The notes beneath the pieces are model-generated. The model saw only the letters and a list, made by a program, of their open reading frames with translations, did no database searches and was not told the DNA's origin. Below are positions 24,374-38,102 of a stretch of 62,929 nt of DNA, piece after piece; the first letter of the stretch is position 1; each line of letters opens with the position of its first letter. This DNA comes from Nemertoderma westbladi (taxonomy: Eukaryota; Animalia; Xenacoelomorpha): the NCBI GenBank assembly GCA_032718475.1, contig JAUCBJ010000772.1, positions 1-62,929 on the forward strand. Direction: 5' to 3'. The translations under genes were made by a program, and so were the position numbers.

Positions 24374-26195
24374 CATATGAAATTTGAACACTAATTATGT
24401 AATTTTGGGCATTTCCTGTTTTTGGTGTTAGAATCTCATTTTGCTTTCAAAGCGAACATAAAAACTCAGACTCAACCAGTAAGGAGGAGGGAAGTTAAAC
24501 TATCTCTGTTTCAATTTCCATGCAAAAAATATAAAAAAATTTTAAAAATATTAGGGAATGGGGGTCCGTGTGCTTGAATTTAGACATTATATTTCAAGAG
24601 ACGATATAATAGGCGTGTCCTGTTTAAGTAATTCAATTAAACATAGCAACATAATGTTTATTATAACAGTCATATTGTTCTCGTTAATACCGCGTTCTAT
24701 GATTGTGACCATCTATTGATCCATGTTTCCCATTTTATACCACTTCATAAATAGATGAGTATTAGGCGGAATGCAGCACGGTTCACCTATCTCATTGGCC
24801 AGTTCCCTACCTGGTTGCCCCACCCAAATGAAGTTACTCGGCTTCCATGAAACCAGGTAATAACAAGCAACCGATGCATGGAATAATATTTTTATAATTC
24901 ATATATATATATAAGAGAAACGCCTTTTTATTTTGAGAGAGAACGTGGTTTAATCCCTAAGGTCCTAAACTACCCACCCTACTATCCACTCAAAAGTAGC
25001 ATTGGAAGATGCGTGTTTGTTCTTTACGCAAAAAAGAGGGATGGCTGGGATTGGATCCCTAGAGACACACCCTGTTAACTTGCATCTCCTTACCGAAGAG
25101 TGTGGCTTCCTACCTTTATAAGGAAAATTGAATAGCAGCAAACATCCATAGGCAATCACTCTGTGGGTACAAGCCTACACTAGGTATGGAGAAGCACTTG
25201 CAACAAGTAGTTTCACCTAAAATTATATTTATATCATATTACGTTTGGTAAACAGTTTTTAATTGGCTCTTAGGTCGAATTCCAACCCAATCCATAATAG
25301 AAAACTTTCTAAAATATGAATACTTCAATAAAAAATGTTTCTTTGCAGAATGCTTTACATCATTTTGCTTTCTACAGTAGTATGATTCAAATCATGTACT
25401 TGTAATATAATAAGTTTTAACAAATTTTCTATGTATATTGTTTATGTTTACTCTCAATGATAATATTTTCATTAGATTTGGAGTTCTAATTAACTATTTT
25501 TTATATATTTAAATCAATGAATTAAATGTAAAATGAATGAAAATGAATTTAAATTAATTTTGTTTGCTGTCCTGTCCGTACGGTATATGTCCACTATGTA
25601 TTCCGAATTTGAAATTTTCGCACAATAATATGGTGTCATTTTTACATGTATAGTACCACGTACAGTATATTGATCAATCTATAAATCCAACCCGTTGAAT
25701 AGTAATTGAACGAAGGGCAACTATCATGAAATCATTTTAAAGGAAATATGGAATATTCTCTCCGCCCCGCCCACTTGAGTTGAAATATTTATATTTCAAA
25801 TTAATAGCTTTGATCTAAAGAAATTAAAATACAAATTGTTTGTAAAATGTGGGGTTTTTGTCACTATTGTAAGTAAATGACACTATTTTTCAATGAAACC
25901 ACTAGTATAGTATATGAACCAGCCTGCCTACCTAGTACCTACAGATAGGCAGCTAGTTACCAATCTAGTTAGGTAATATATCAGTTGATATAAGTCTTTA
26001 AAACTAGAAATCTCTTAAATAAATTTAAATCATATATAATTACTACTATATTTGGTACTGTAGGTCCTTTATTCTTAAAAATGATATCCCTGTCGTTAGG
26101 TGAAGTTGCAGAAAGATTTTGTCCCGGCGGGAGAAAATTACTCCCATAGAAATCACAAAGGCAAAAAAACAGCGCTTTTTGTGGTAATCTTATAT

Positions 26196-26422
26196 TTGTT
26201 TGGCGCTACCCAGTTATTATATTATTCCAGCGTACCTTTGTAATTGTTTGGCGCTACCCAGTTATTATTCCAGCTTACCTTTGTAATTGTTTGGCGCTAC
26301 CCAGTTATTATTCCAGCTTAGCTTTGTAATTGTTTGGCGCTACCCAGTTATTATATTATTCCAGCGTACCTTTGTAATTGTTTGGCGCTACCCAGTTATT
26401 ATTCCATCTTACCTTTGTAATT
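26196..26422 (+). repeat. Minisatellite, five 43-48-bp units (TTGTTTGGCGCTACCCAGTTATTA(TATTA)TTCCAGC(G/T)TACCTTTGTAA)
   Basis: Read directly; ~400 bp upstream of the ABCA start codon. Confidence 0.9.
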
Positions 26423-26827
26423 ATTGATTGATATGATTAACTATTTATCTTAAACGCTCAATTAGAAAATATATTTATTAATCATAAAATAAACGACGAG
26501 GAACACTTTCGAGAGGCGGAACGGCAATTTAAGAATATAATTAATTAACTAGTTAATTACATTAAAAACAAATGGGGTTTTCCTCTTCCCTTTACGAATA
26601 ATCAGCCTCTCTCGATTACACCTAGGACTTCTAGAAAATAGTATTTATTCTAAAAATGGTTCGAATAAATACTATGCTCTAGAAGTCCTTGATTATACCC
26701 GTTTGGAGAATTATAGGCGTTCATCGGAAAAAAAATCCTACTTGTTTTCGTTGTGACAGATAGTCTGGTTATTTTTGTTTTGTGTAATTCTTTTTCAATA
26801 ACTGAGTTATGATGTAAAGAAGTTAAG

Positions 26828-27206
26828 ATGGGCGATGAAGGTGGTGAAACAGTGGCTAAACTGGAGAAAGTTGCCGAGGAGGTTCCGGAAAAAGTAGTAA
26901 ACAATCAAGAACCGAAAGTGGAGAAGACTAAACCACTGGTGAAACGAACTTATTCTGTTAGCACATCTGCATCGGAATTTTTCACTTCATTTTGCAGCCA
27001 CCAGCTCTTTATTTTGCTAAGTACTCGATTCAAAACTCAGAGACGTCAACCTGTATTTGTTACTTTGGTTATCTGTTTCGCTATAATAATTAGCATTATA
27101 TTAGCTGTTACAAAGGCCCAGGAGACACATGTAGATCCCACTTGGCAAACACATGTCAAGTTTCCACTTTTCGATGACACTGCCGGTTCAGGCGACCCAG
27201 GATATG
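26828..27206 (+). CDS. ABCA-family transporter, coding exon 1
   Basis: HQLFILLSTRFKTQRRQP followed by a TM helix matches the ABCA N-terminal QLxLLxWK...R pattern. Donor G|GTTAGT at 27206/27207 (phase 1). Confidence 0.8.
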
Positions 27207-27572
27207 GTTAGTACTATAAACACATCATATATCACTAAATATTATAAAGCAATTTTATAAATACCAGTACCGGTAAAGGTTTCTTTATAGCCCTACTCTT
27301 TATTAATGAATTTTCTTTCGTAAAGCAATTCAATCATTGATGAATTTCTTGATAACCTATATTTTGTTTTGGAGATAATTAAAAAAATATAAATACATAA
27401 AATATAAAATAATATAAATTAATCATTCGGTAGTTAATGTGGCTATTAGCTGACTGGATATAGTGCAGTAGGGCTGCCTACACAGTATCCGCCGTGTTCA
27501 ATACGAAGTTGGCTGCTATCATCACGATGTTAAACTAACGACTTTTTTAGTTTAATTAATAAGGCTTCAAAC

Positions 27573-27645
27573 TGCACAGTGGCGAAGTTGGTAGAGCGTT
27601 GGACTTGGAATCTCAAGGTACCGAGTTCAATCCCACTTTCCCTTG
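27573..27645 (+). pseudogene. tRNA-derived sequence (SINE head or tRNA pseudogene) in ABCA intron 1
   Basis: A-box TGGCGAAGTTGG, anticodon-like loop CT-TGG-AA and B-box-like GAGTTCAATCC, but the acceptor stem does not pair. Confidence 0.5.
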
Positions 27646-27782
27646 AATTTTTTTGGTACTGTATTAGGTAGGTACATGCGTTAGTATACGTGGGCCTTTG
27701 AGCGATTTCGCGCTTGTTAAAATTTCCTTAATTTTTACACACAACTACAACTACAACTTATTTTAACTGCTTTAATTGACAG

Positions 27783-27972
27783 ATTCGTTGTACATACCTG
27801 ATGGCTCTATCATTGGTTACACTACCGCCCCCGGGAGTGACATTGGAGAAGATTCGTTGGGGAGAGTTATGGATGGTCTCCTCCAAAGATTACTGTATGC
27901 TGTAACTGGAGAAGGGAGACTTGTAAAACAATCATTTTCTTCTGATCGAGAGATGGTGAAAAATATGACAAG
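27783..27972 (+). CDS. ABCA-family transporter, coding exon 2
   Basis: Acceptor ACAG| at 27782; G+AT restores Asp in frame. IGYT.AP segment is typical of the ABCA first exocytoplasmic domain. Donor AG|GTTTGT (phase 2). Confidence 0.75.
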
Positions 27973-28395
27973 GTTTGTATTAAATGATTTACCATTTTAA
28001 CATCCACCTTAGCGCCGCTAGTGAGGTCACTCCTTTCACCTCTAGCTGGGAGATCCGTGATGGGAAGGGATAGTTACTGAGTGTTCACTTTGGGAGTAAG
28101 AGTGGCTTCCCAAGGATAGCTGGTTTAAATATATTAATGCACTCATTATAAATATCAAAAAATATTAATTGCTTTTCAATTCATACTGAAATCATGTAAA
28201 AATTACTTAGTCGATACTATTTCAACAAATTCTAAACCTCTTTAGTCACAACTTCCGCCCATCGCAAAGTATAACGTCAGTTTTTTTTTATTATTCTAGT
28301 GTATCATTCATGTCCTTCAAAGTATAACTGGTCCATGTTCCCTTAGACAACCATTATTTGGAAGTATATTAATGATTCGAAATTCTTTGAGGTTT

Positions 28396-29240
28396 TATAA
28401 CAAACCTGCCTGTATAGGCGGGGTGAGTATTTGTTTGTCTCTATCTATGTTTGTATGTATGTATATTGGTATATATGTATGTATATTGGTATATATGTAT
28501 GTATATATAAATCCGATAAATAAACACCTCCCATAAATCAACAGTTACTCGCACAGACTTCTCATAGTTATAAAGGTCGTCAGTCTGCGTGTAGGAAAAA
28601 TATTTATGACAAAACAGAACGAGCACTAAGAGGCTTATAATGAAGACGAGTACTGCGTTGACTATATGCTAATATAAACCACCTGGCTTCGCATATTGAA
28701 CGCATCCCTAGTTATAAAGATTGTCAGTCTGCGTTTAGGAAATATATTTTAAGACAAAACCGGACGAGCGCAACGGGGCTTACAATGAAGACGAGTACTG
28801 CGTTGACTATGTTTTTTCCTATAAACTACCTGGTTTCGCATATTGAACGATTTCTTCAGTACCAGTAGTGCAATGTTTTCAGCTACATATTATACATACA
28901 TATTATACTATATGTACAGGAACAGGACGGAGGAAGAGCGCAATGAATGATGCTTGTAATGGCGTCGAGTTGCTGGTGTAGTGCTTTCACTAAACTCAGC
29001 AGTTACTGGTAGTTTTGATATTTTTCGTAGTTACGGCCTAACGCTGTTGCTGCAGGACCTAAAATGATACGTTTTAGGAAACGACTTTTTCAATAAATAA
29101 ACGGCACAGTTTTGGGCGTTGCGCTATGCGGCGCTGCTAGTTCTGTGGGATATAGATGTTACGGTTTTTGTTTGGTTGGGTAGGGGGGGGGGGGGGGGGG
29201 TCAGGTTTGTTTCACGCTGCCCTCGCAGCGTTTCTCGTTT
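28396..29240 (+). mobile_element. Third HINE family, solo copy in ABCA intron 2
   Basis: Subterminal IRs AACAAACCTG (28399-28408) and CAGGTTTGTT (29202-29211), 5' hairpin CCTGCCT-GTAT-AGGCGGG, (GTAT)n microsatellite, 3' palindrome CGCTGC-CCTC-GCAGCG and terminal CTCGTT. The interior is related to 20920-21055. Confidence 0.7.
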
Positions 29241-30411
29241 TAAGTATAAAGCTAATAATAATCGTTGTTGTAACGTCGTAAAATTTCTTCTCTTATGATA
29301 TTATACAAAGTAAAGTTAGTAATAAAATGAACATAAAACACAAAAAGTATTTTTTTCCAGAAGAAACATGTTAAAATCGTGTTCAGCTTGGAACGCCAAC
29401 CAACCGCCATATCAAATAGCCGCAAATAGATTCGATGCACTCAAACGTTCTCGCTTCTTTTTGCGAAGCTTTTTTTGATTAAAAGTGTTTTGCCATCAAT
29501 GGAATTATTATTGCCCGACTTGTGTTAATATATTTATACGCTAATCACTTTCCTTATTGATTATCTAATGCACACGACTGACATGTAATCTTTTATATGA
29601 TGTTGACAACTACGACTGAGGGAATAGACCCCATGTCCTATTTTATTGTTTTAATATGAATGTAATCTTTTGGTCGATTCTTTCAAGCATGACATGTTAT
29701 CATATGATGGATTAGCGAGCTCAATAGCCCAACATGTAATTGTATTACACAAAATTGTGCCCCATGGTATGAATTATTAAACGCCCATTAATTTTGACAA
29801 CACTTTTCCTTTTTTGCTAATGAATCATTATAATATTGCTACATGAGTTTTAGGATAGAAACAGCACGATGTTGCCATGCGCTGCATCCTGCCCCGCCCA
29901 GTTACCTAACATCTCACTGCATCCCTCATTTTCATTAATCAACCATGCTGGGCGTATTGTTTGTTCCCAGGAAGGCCATTTATTTGTATTATAATAATAT
30001 AGCGACACAACTATCATTGTATTATTTTATGTCGCTTCGCTGACTTCCTGCTGCTAAACTCATTCTTTTGTATACCCGGAAAATATTTCGCAGAAAATTA
30101 TAATCGCCTTGACAGCAGATTAATAGGGCAGAAAAGATGCTCGATTGTCCACCATATAAGCGAATAGCTTGAAACCTAAAAAAAAACTCTTGACCTATGT
30201 GCTGTATAGGCTTACAAGGGGACCATCTCGCAATGCAATAATGCATCGGACTGGACACTCTACAGTTAATAATATAAGATCAATTTCAGAAAATATTTAT
30301 AGCTTACAATGATATCAAATTATTATTTATTGTAAGCAATTAAGTGAGTATATTGTTAGTTATAGTGCTCAGACCATGGTGCCGAGGATGGAGGCCGTGT
30401 GTTAAGGTTCA

Positions 30412-30913
30412 ATTATTTATTGCAGTAGTAGTACCAGTACTCTTACGTGGGAGGCCATCTGGGCTCTAACTGCAGAGGTTACCAAATCTCTTGATGGCAC
30501 TTTCACAAGAATGCTGCACCGGGTTCAATTTGTCAAGTATAATGAACACATCTTCAATCAGACTCTATACAACATTGGAGGTGTTCCATTAGTCTCCTCT
30601 AGCTTGACACTTGAACGGAACCGCCTCCGCTTTGCAGGACATTGCTTTCGCCGCGAGGACCAGCCAGTGCATAATCCTGTGCTTTGGCGCCCTCATGGAG
30701 TGAATAAGCATGGTGGACAGCCCATGAATTTATTGAGACGCATCTTAAAGGACACTGGCCTTGAAGATGCGGATGATCTAGCAAATGTCATGGGTGATAG
30801 GGAGTTGTGGCGGTGCAATTTTGTCGACAAGCCGGCACAGCATTCTTAATATATATGTAATGTATATATATATATAATGCAGCTGCAATGCATCTTGCAG
30901 ATCGTAGTAATAG
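30412..30913 (+). mobile_element. Older 3' fragment of the same RTE family in ABCA intron 2
   Basis: Encodes ...NRLRFAGHCFRREDQPVH...FVDKPAQHS with more substitutions and indels than the other two copies. Confidence 0.88.
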
Positions 30914-31024
30914 GCCATGCTGCCTGTCGTTCAGGATGGCAAAGGGTAGGCGTTATGGTGGCTCCTGCCTTTATTAATTATTTCTTAATTTAATTATTTA
31001 ATAATTTCTTTACTTTGTTTTCAG

Positions 31025-34000
31025 AGATTATGAAGAATTTACCAGAAGTTCTGATAGCAACCCAGAGATTAATCCTTTGCTGGACAACCCATATTTGTGT
31101 GGGATCGTGTTCCGAAATCTCGATAGCAGCATGAAGGTTCTCGATTACACAATTCGATTGTTCGATAACTTTCTGTCTAAAACAGACGAGCAGACATCCC
31201 GTTTGTGGCCCTATTCATACCTGGAGAAGTACGCACCAGGACACGGTGCTTCGTCTCTATTGCCAACGATACAACATGCAATCGACATGTCTTTTTGGGA
31301 AGAAATAAACGAAAACGTAGCAACGAGAACAGATGTCAATATGTATATACAGGCCATGCCGACCAAAGACTTCGGTTCACAAGTTGTTCTCAATGCTACT
31401 CCGTGGGTAATGCCTTTGTTGGTTATTGGCACTATGTCTATGTTAGCCATCATAATACTCAAAAACGTCACCGTAGAAAGGCAGATACTATTGAAATCAT
31501 TTATGGGTTTGATGGGCATAAAATCGTGGGTAATTTGGATGTCGTGGTTTGTATACTATTTATTGTTATTGTCGGCTGTATTTGTTGTAGTAATTATTTG
31601 TTTGTGTAGCGATTTTTCGGGGAACGGGGCTGTGTTTTCCTTTAGTGATGGATCAATACTCTATTTTATTTTGGTTCTGTATAGCGCTGCATCTATTCTC
31701 TTTTGCTTTTTCATTTCCTTACCATTTGGGAATAGCCAAAGAGCAGCACAATTTGGGACCATAATATTTGTAGTTTCAGTGTTGCCCTATTTCTTTATTG
31801 AAAATGGTTATGTGTACTTAGGTAATAGTTCTAAAGTTGCAGCATGTCTGCTACCGAATGTGGCGGTTTTGTTCGGTATTAGGGCATTCATCGAGTCTGA
31901 AGCTCTGGGCGAAGGCATCTATTGGTCTAATGCTATGAATTACTTTCCACCAGAGAGTAATATTTCTGTTAGTTGGGTTATTGCAATGCTAGTTATTGAT
32001 GTATTGATTTTTACCATTTTTATATGGTATAAAGAAGAAGTATTTCCAGGGAAATATGGAGTTGGCAGACCGTTTTATTTCTTCTGCACCTCATCATATT
32101 GGTCCGATCCGACCGATGACGATGACCCACTTGATGACGAATGCATGGAAGACGACGACGAGAAGAATTCAATTGCAGGCAATAATGGCGAAGTTGGGAC
32201 TAATGATGCTGGAGAACTCAAGTCTGATGGGCGGGAAAATATTAGAAAAAGAAGTAAGAAGAAAAGCTCTTCAACAGAAAGCAACCCTGATGACGATGGA
32301 ATGGATATAGATGATTCCGGATGCTGCAAGCATATAAGGGAACAAAGAGAAACTGATAAAGTAGAGAGAGACGAAAATCCATCTGAAACACATGTCGCTT
32401 TTGAAGACGAAGATAAATTGTGCTCAGCTTGCCAGGAGAAAATCAGAAAGAAATTTGAGCTTCCAAAAAAGAAATCGATATTCTCCAGATTAATGGATGC
32501 AATATTCTATTGGGATTCAAATGAAGATCCTGATTTTGAAGCTGAAATGCGCGCCAGAAATGCTAAATATTTTGAAGATAACATTGAAGATATGCCGATT
32601 GGAATTAAACTTTCAAATGTAAACAAATCGTTCACAGGAAATTCACACCCATCAGTAATTGACTTTGATATGGAAATTTATGAGGATCAAATCACTGCAA
32701 TACTTGGACACAATGGTGCTGGAAAGTCAACATTACTTTCTATGATAGCAGGCCTGTCGAGAGCTTCTTCAGGCGAGATAACAGTAAATGGATACGACAT
32801 AGTGGCAGAACCGGAACTCGCTAAGAAGAGATTGGGTTTTTGCCCGCAACGTAACATAGTATTTGATAATCTATCTCCACGAGAACACTTACTGTTTTAT
32901 GGCCTTATCAAGGGAGGGTCTTGTAAGAAAGCAGAAATAGAAGCTGATGAAATGTTAAAACTAATTCATTTAGACAGAAAGGGAGATGTGTGCGCCAAGT
33001 ATTTGTCAGACGTAATGAAACGGAGGCTGCATATCGGCATCGCATTCATTGGAAGACCTAAAGTCGTCGTTCTCGATGAGCCCACATATGGTATGGACCC
33101 AAAGGCGCAGGAAGCAATGCATGATCTAATGAGTCATTTTCGAAAAAATAAATCAATACTGATAACAACACATAATATGAGCGAAGCTGATGGGTTTGCT
33201 GACAGGATTGCTATTATGTCACATGGGATTGTAACAAGTTGTGGGAGTGCAAACTTTTTGAAAAAACAACATGGTGTGGGGTATCAGCTTTGTATAAAAA
33301 AATTGCAAAATTGCAAAATTGAACAAATTCTTGATGTTGTAGAAGCAGCACTTTCTGATTCATGTTCAGTACATAGTTTTGGAAATGAGATAACTATAAC
33401 TCTGCCTTATGAAAAATCACAGGCTTTTTCAGAATTATTTAAACAATTAGAAGAAAGTAAAAGCCAGTTAGGTATTGAAAGGTTTGCCATGTCAGTCACA
33501 ACACTTGATGACGTTTTTCTAAAAATTATTAATACTGGAGGCAAAGAAGATTCCACTGTTAATCAACTTATGCGGAGGGTCAGTGTGGCAATTAACAGAG
33601 TCTCTAATGTTTTTAGCGAAGCTAAACAGGAACAAAAAGAGATCAAAGCTGTAAAAAGAAAATTCTCACTCTATCAACCAGACGATGGTAATGATAATGA
33701 AAATGATGAAGAAAAAGGCGATGAAAATACAGATAATGATAAGAAGGCCGATGTAGTTATTGACAATGTCGATACTAAACCAGCTCCTGATTCCGGTGTA
33801 GATAACAAGGCGTTTGAGGTATTGGAGGCTCTTAAGTCAAAAAACAAAAAGTTAATTCCGGCAAAAAAAGATAAATCATCGGGAAAAAAAGAAAAATCTT
33901 CATCAAAAAAAGAAGAAGATCATGATGAAAAAATAGACAATGAACCAGAAAATGCAAAAAAACCTAATGGCGAAAAGGAAGACAATGAACCTGAAATAGA

Positions 34001-36752
34001 TAAGAAGCTGACCAAAGATGATGGAAATGAAATCCGGAAAGAAGATGTCACTGTTAATGTCCCTCCTGGAGATGATGATTTGAAAGATAAAGTAAAAACG
34101 AACTTTGTAAGACTGACAAAAGGTGTTAGAACCAGCATGAGAATTGCTCAAACTAAAATTTCTTCAAAGGTTCAGCATCAATCAAATGTCTTATTTAACG
34201 AAGAAAGTCTCCTCCAATATAAGCAGACATTTAGGATATATTTCAAGCAATTTCGAGCTGTATTTTACAAGAAATGGACTAATTTTATTCGTAATCCTGG
34301 GGTATTGTTGCTTCAGGTACTTCTCCCACCAATTTTGTTTATCATACCTCTTTTGATTAACATGTCATGGAGTTCGCAAGTTCATCAGCTTAATGTTGTA
34401 ACATCACCTTCTCGGATGTATGACTTGAATTCGTATTCTTCTTCTTCAGAAATCGTTCTTTTCGACGTAGATGAAACTAATGTTGAATTGAAATCATTCC
34501 ATGATAGTTTCCCAGCTTTCTTGGGAGTCGCTTTTGGGAAAGAAACAGTTAATAAATCTCAAGCAGATACAACTCTGCTTGATAGCTACCAAAATGTCAC
34601 TCTAATAGCTATTTCCTATGATGACTACCAGAATAATAATGGTGACAGTGTTCTTGATGTTACAACATGGTACAAAAGCACGAACTTCCATTCATCTGGT
34701 CTTGTTATAAATTTAGTGGATAATGCATTAATCAGAGGGGATGATAATTATGGAAGTATCACAACTTACAACCATCCCATGCCTATAAAAATTATCAAAG
34801 CTGATATGGCAGACTTCTTTGGCCAACTTTTGATTCCTACATTGATGAAACTTTGTCTGGGTTTTGGATTTTCGGTTTTGAATTCGAGCTTTATTTGGTA
34901 TCTGGTAAAGGAGGCGGAAGATCAAGCTAAACACCTCCAGTTCTTGTCGGGTTTGAATCGAGGTGTCTTTTGGTTAGCAAATTTTGCGTGGGACATTCTG
35001 AATTATACCATTCCAATTCTTTTAATTCTCATTATATGTGCCGCTTTTGGGACTCAATCTCTGGTTTCAGAAACTCGTTTAGGAATGTGGTTTTTATTAC
35101 TGATGGCATTCGCATTTTCAATTCTACCATTTGTCTACACTATACATTTCGTGTTTAAAAAATCGATGTCTGCTTTCACAAAATCCATGTTTTTCTTTAT
35201 TCTATTTGGTATCGTGGTATTTTTGTTGAGCATATTAATGAAAGCCACTTCCAATCCTGTTAACTCTGTTTCATCTGTAGAGAAGATATTTTATGTGTTC
35301 CCCAGTTATATACTTTCCGAAGCAATTATAAATTTTATAATTAACTTCAACGCAAGAACAACAATAGATATCGAATGCAATGGTATTCTTGAATGTGAGG
35401 AGCATATTCAAAAAAATTCTGGAAATCTGTATGAGAAGATAATACAGAGAAGTACACCCAACTACATGCAGTTTGATAGTCCAGGTTTGGGTATATACAT
35501 TCTTCTTCTTGTGTTTGTTGGATGTATTTATTGGGTCTTAGTGGTATCAGCGGAGACCGGTTGTTTGAAGTATATGGGCAATGTTATTTGGTCATTAGCA
35601 ACCTGTAAAGCCTATAGAATGAAGAGGAAACTAGAAAAACGAGATGTTGAAGAGTCGGACAGCACCTTTGAAGCGCCATCACCGCCTATTGTGGATCAGG
35701 ATGTGTTTCGAGAAAGCTCATTAGTCACTGCAAATTTAAAATATATTGTGAAAAGCAATCCTCTTGTTTTATGGGGTATGCGGAAGGTATATAACTTAGA
35801 TAAATTAGATCAGGAACCTTTGGTTGCTGTTGATGATGTAAATATTGCTATTCCAAGAGGTGAATGCTTCGGTTTAATTGGTATAAGTGGAGCTGGGAAG
35901 TCTTCCTTGATTAAAATGCTAACAGGGGAGACGGACATTACATGCGGGACATGCTTTATCAAAGGTTACGATATAAAAACGCACCCTAAAGAGGTCTACA
36001 AAAGAATCGGATATTGTCCACAGAAAGATGCTCTTATTGATACCCTAACCGGAAGGGAAACCCTTCGAATGTACGCTGCATTGCGAAACATTGCCGATAC
36101 GGAGATAGACACCTTCTGCAATAAGCTCATCAATAACATATGTCTCGTAGATTCGGCAGATATTGAGGTCAAGAAGTACAACGCAGCAACTCGCCGGAAG
36201 TTGAGTGTGGCCGTGGCCCTAGTTGGATATCCCCCTGTAGTGTTTCTTGATGAACCCACTACCGGTATGGATTCAGTTACCAGACAGCAGGTTTGGGATG
36301 CGATCATGGGTTATAGGGACAGTGGACGATGCCTCTTAGTAGCTTCGCATAGTATGGAAGAAGTGGAGACGCTCTGTAATCGCTTAGCTGTTATGGTTAA
36401 TGGTCAATTGAAATGTTTAGGCACCAGTCATCACTTGAAATCAGTTTACGGTGCGAAATTGGATCTAGGTGGATATATGCTACGGGTGAAAGTGGGTGAT
36501 AATGACTTCCTGAAGAGGATGCTAAAACGATATATTGAATCGAGTTTTGCGAATGTGAAATTGAAGGATGTTAATGAGGGTCTGGTTACCTACCAAATTT
36601 CAGATGAAAACGTAACCTGGTCTCAGATATTCGCTACGATGGAAGAGGCTAAATCACAAGTTGGTATTATTGATTACAATATCGGACAACCAACTCTTGA
36701 ACAAGTATTCTTAATGTTCGCAAATTCACAAATTCCAAGAATAAAACCTTAA
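31025..36752 (+). CDS. ABCA-family (ABCA3-like) full transporter, 5.7-kb terminal coding exon; spliced product ~2098 aa
   Basis: Acceptor TTTCAG| at 31024 joins in frame (AG+A). Two TMD-NBD halves with Walker A GHNGAGKST and GISGAGKSS, Walker B VVLDEPT and VFLDEPT, H-loops TTH and ASH, and R-domain TLDDVF/TLEQVF. Exons 379+190+5728 = 6297 nt. Confidence 0.93.
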
Positions 36753-38102
36753 AATTATTGAACTTTGTTAAAAGTAGGTATCTTTGTTTTGCAATACCCA
36801 TTAACCCTGTCGACACAATATTTATTAGCATCTGAGTCTTTTTATTACGTATATTGTGTAATGCATTTATTTATCCTATTTTTGGTGAAGTGGTTAAGTT
36901 CTCATTAAAATAGATGAACTATAATACATAATATAGTTTACAATTATTATATTATTATTATTAGTAATAATAATATTATCTAGAGAACCTGCATATTATA
37001 AATATGATGACTTTCAAATAAAAGGATTATGTATTATTGGTATTGCTGACTCATGTGTACATAATATATCATTACTTTACAACTAATACTACTATGTATG
37101 TAGCAGATTAGCCTAACCTATTAAACTCTCGTCAGTATTTGTTATATTTTTAGCAAATATTTTATATTCATATACTGTAGTAGGCCCTGCTAAATATTCC
37201 CCGTGTTATAATTTCTCCCGGTGGATGTATATTTTTTGACCAATTTATTAGATAAGTTTTGTTTATTGTGAAAAACATTTTTAACTTTCAAGTCGCTGAC
37301 TTTATTTGGTCTCTATTTATATATAAATAAAATTAACGAAAAACATAACGGCCAGGGTGTTATAGGCAAGGGGGTTAATACGACATTCTAGACTATTGCA
37401 CTTTATTTCTATTTTGGGTAATTTAGGCTTTTGGTTCAAACGTTTGAGAACACGAAAAGGTTAAAAGAGCCTTACAACGTTACCGAATTTAATTTATATT
37501 TCAAAAATATAAATTATAAGAAATGTTTTGTGTCGAACCTTGAAGTATAATATATATTACGGTGGCACTGTGCCGCCTTTATATAATAATTATAACTTAA
37601 ACCCCAGGGAGGCAGAGTGCCACCTTTACATATATTATCATTCGTGTTGAGCAGGACAAACTGGTCTAGAAAAGTTAATATTGATTAACTGATAAACCTT
37701 TATTAAGAAAATACCTCTGGTTATGGTATGAAAGAGCAAACTCAGTCCGTACCTATCGAAAAGTTGTTTTCTGAACTTTGTTAAAGACTAATGTTAAATA
37801 AAATTCTTGCGGGTGTTAATCAAATTAAGAACGTATCTGGTGATATGAAGGAGAAATAATGGACCGCTGGCTGTTGCACGATTAAGAATGCGAGATTAAT
37901 ATTAAATAAATATAAAGTGAATAATCCTGGAATAATTGTGTATTATATTAGGGTGTGGTTTATTTATTTAATCCATTCATGTCCCTTAATACAACAAGCA
38001 TTTTTAGCAAGTTGCCCCTCCCCTTAATATTTTCAAAATTTCAATCAATTTCTACGAAATTTGGTTTGAAGATAATCGACAATTTTTATTTACAACAAGC
38101 CG

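Noticed and set aside
24940-25200. Possible SINE remnant on the minus strand
   Set aside because: Only a weak B-box-like GGGATCCAATCCC is visible, with no second copy in the window to define it.
27573-27645. Functional tRNA-Pro(TGG)
   Set aside because: The acceptor and T stems do not pair properly; kept only as a tRNA-derived remnant. A weaker tRNA-like stretch at ~27440-27518 was also not called.
31077-31079. TTG start of the 1891-aa ABCA ORF as given in the ORF track
   Set aside because: Eukaryotic gene: the frame is entered by splicing at 31025, and the N-terminal TM helix is in the exon starting at 26828.
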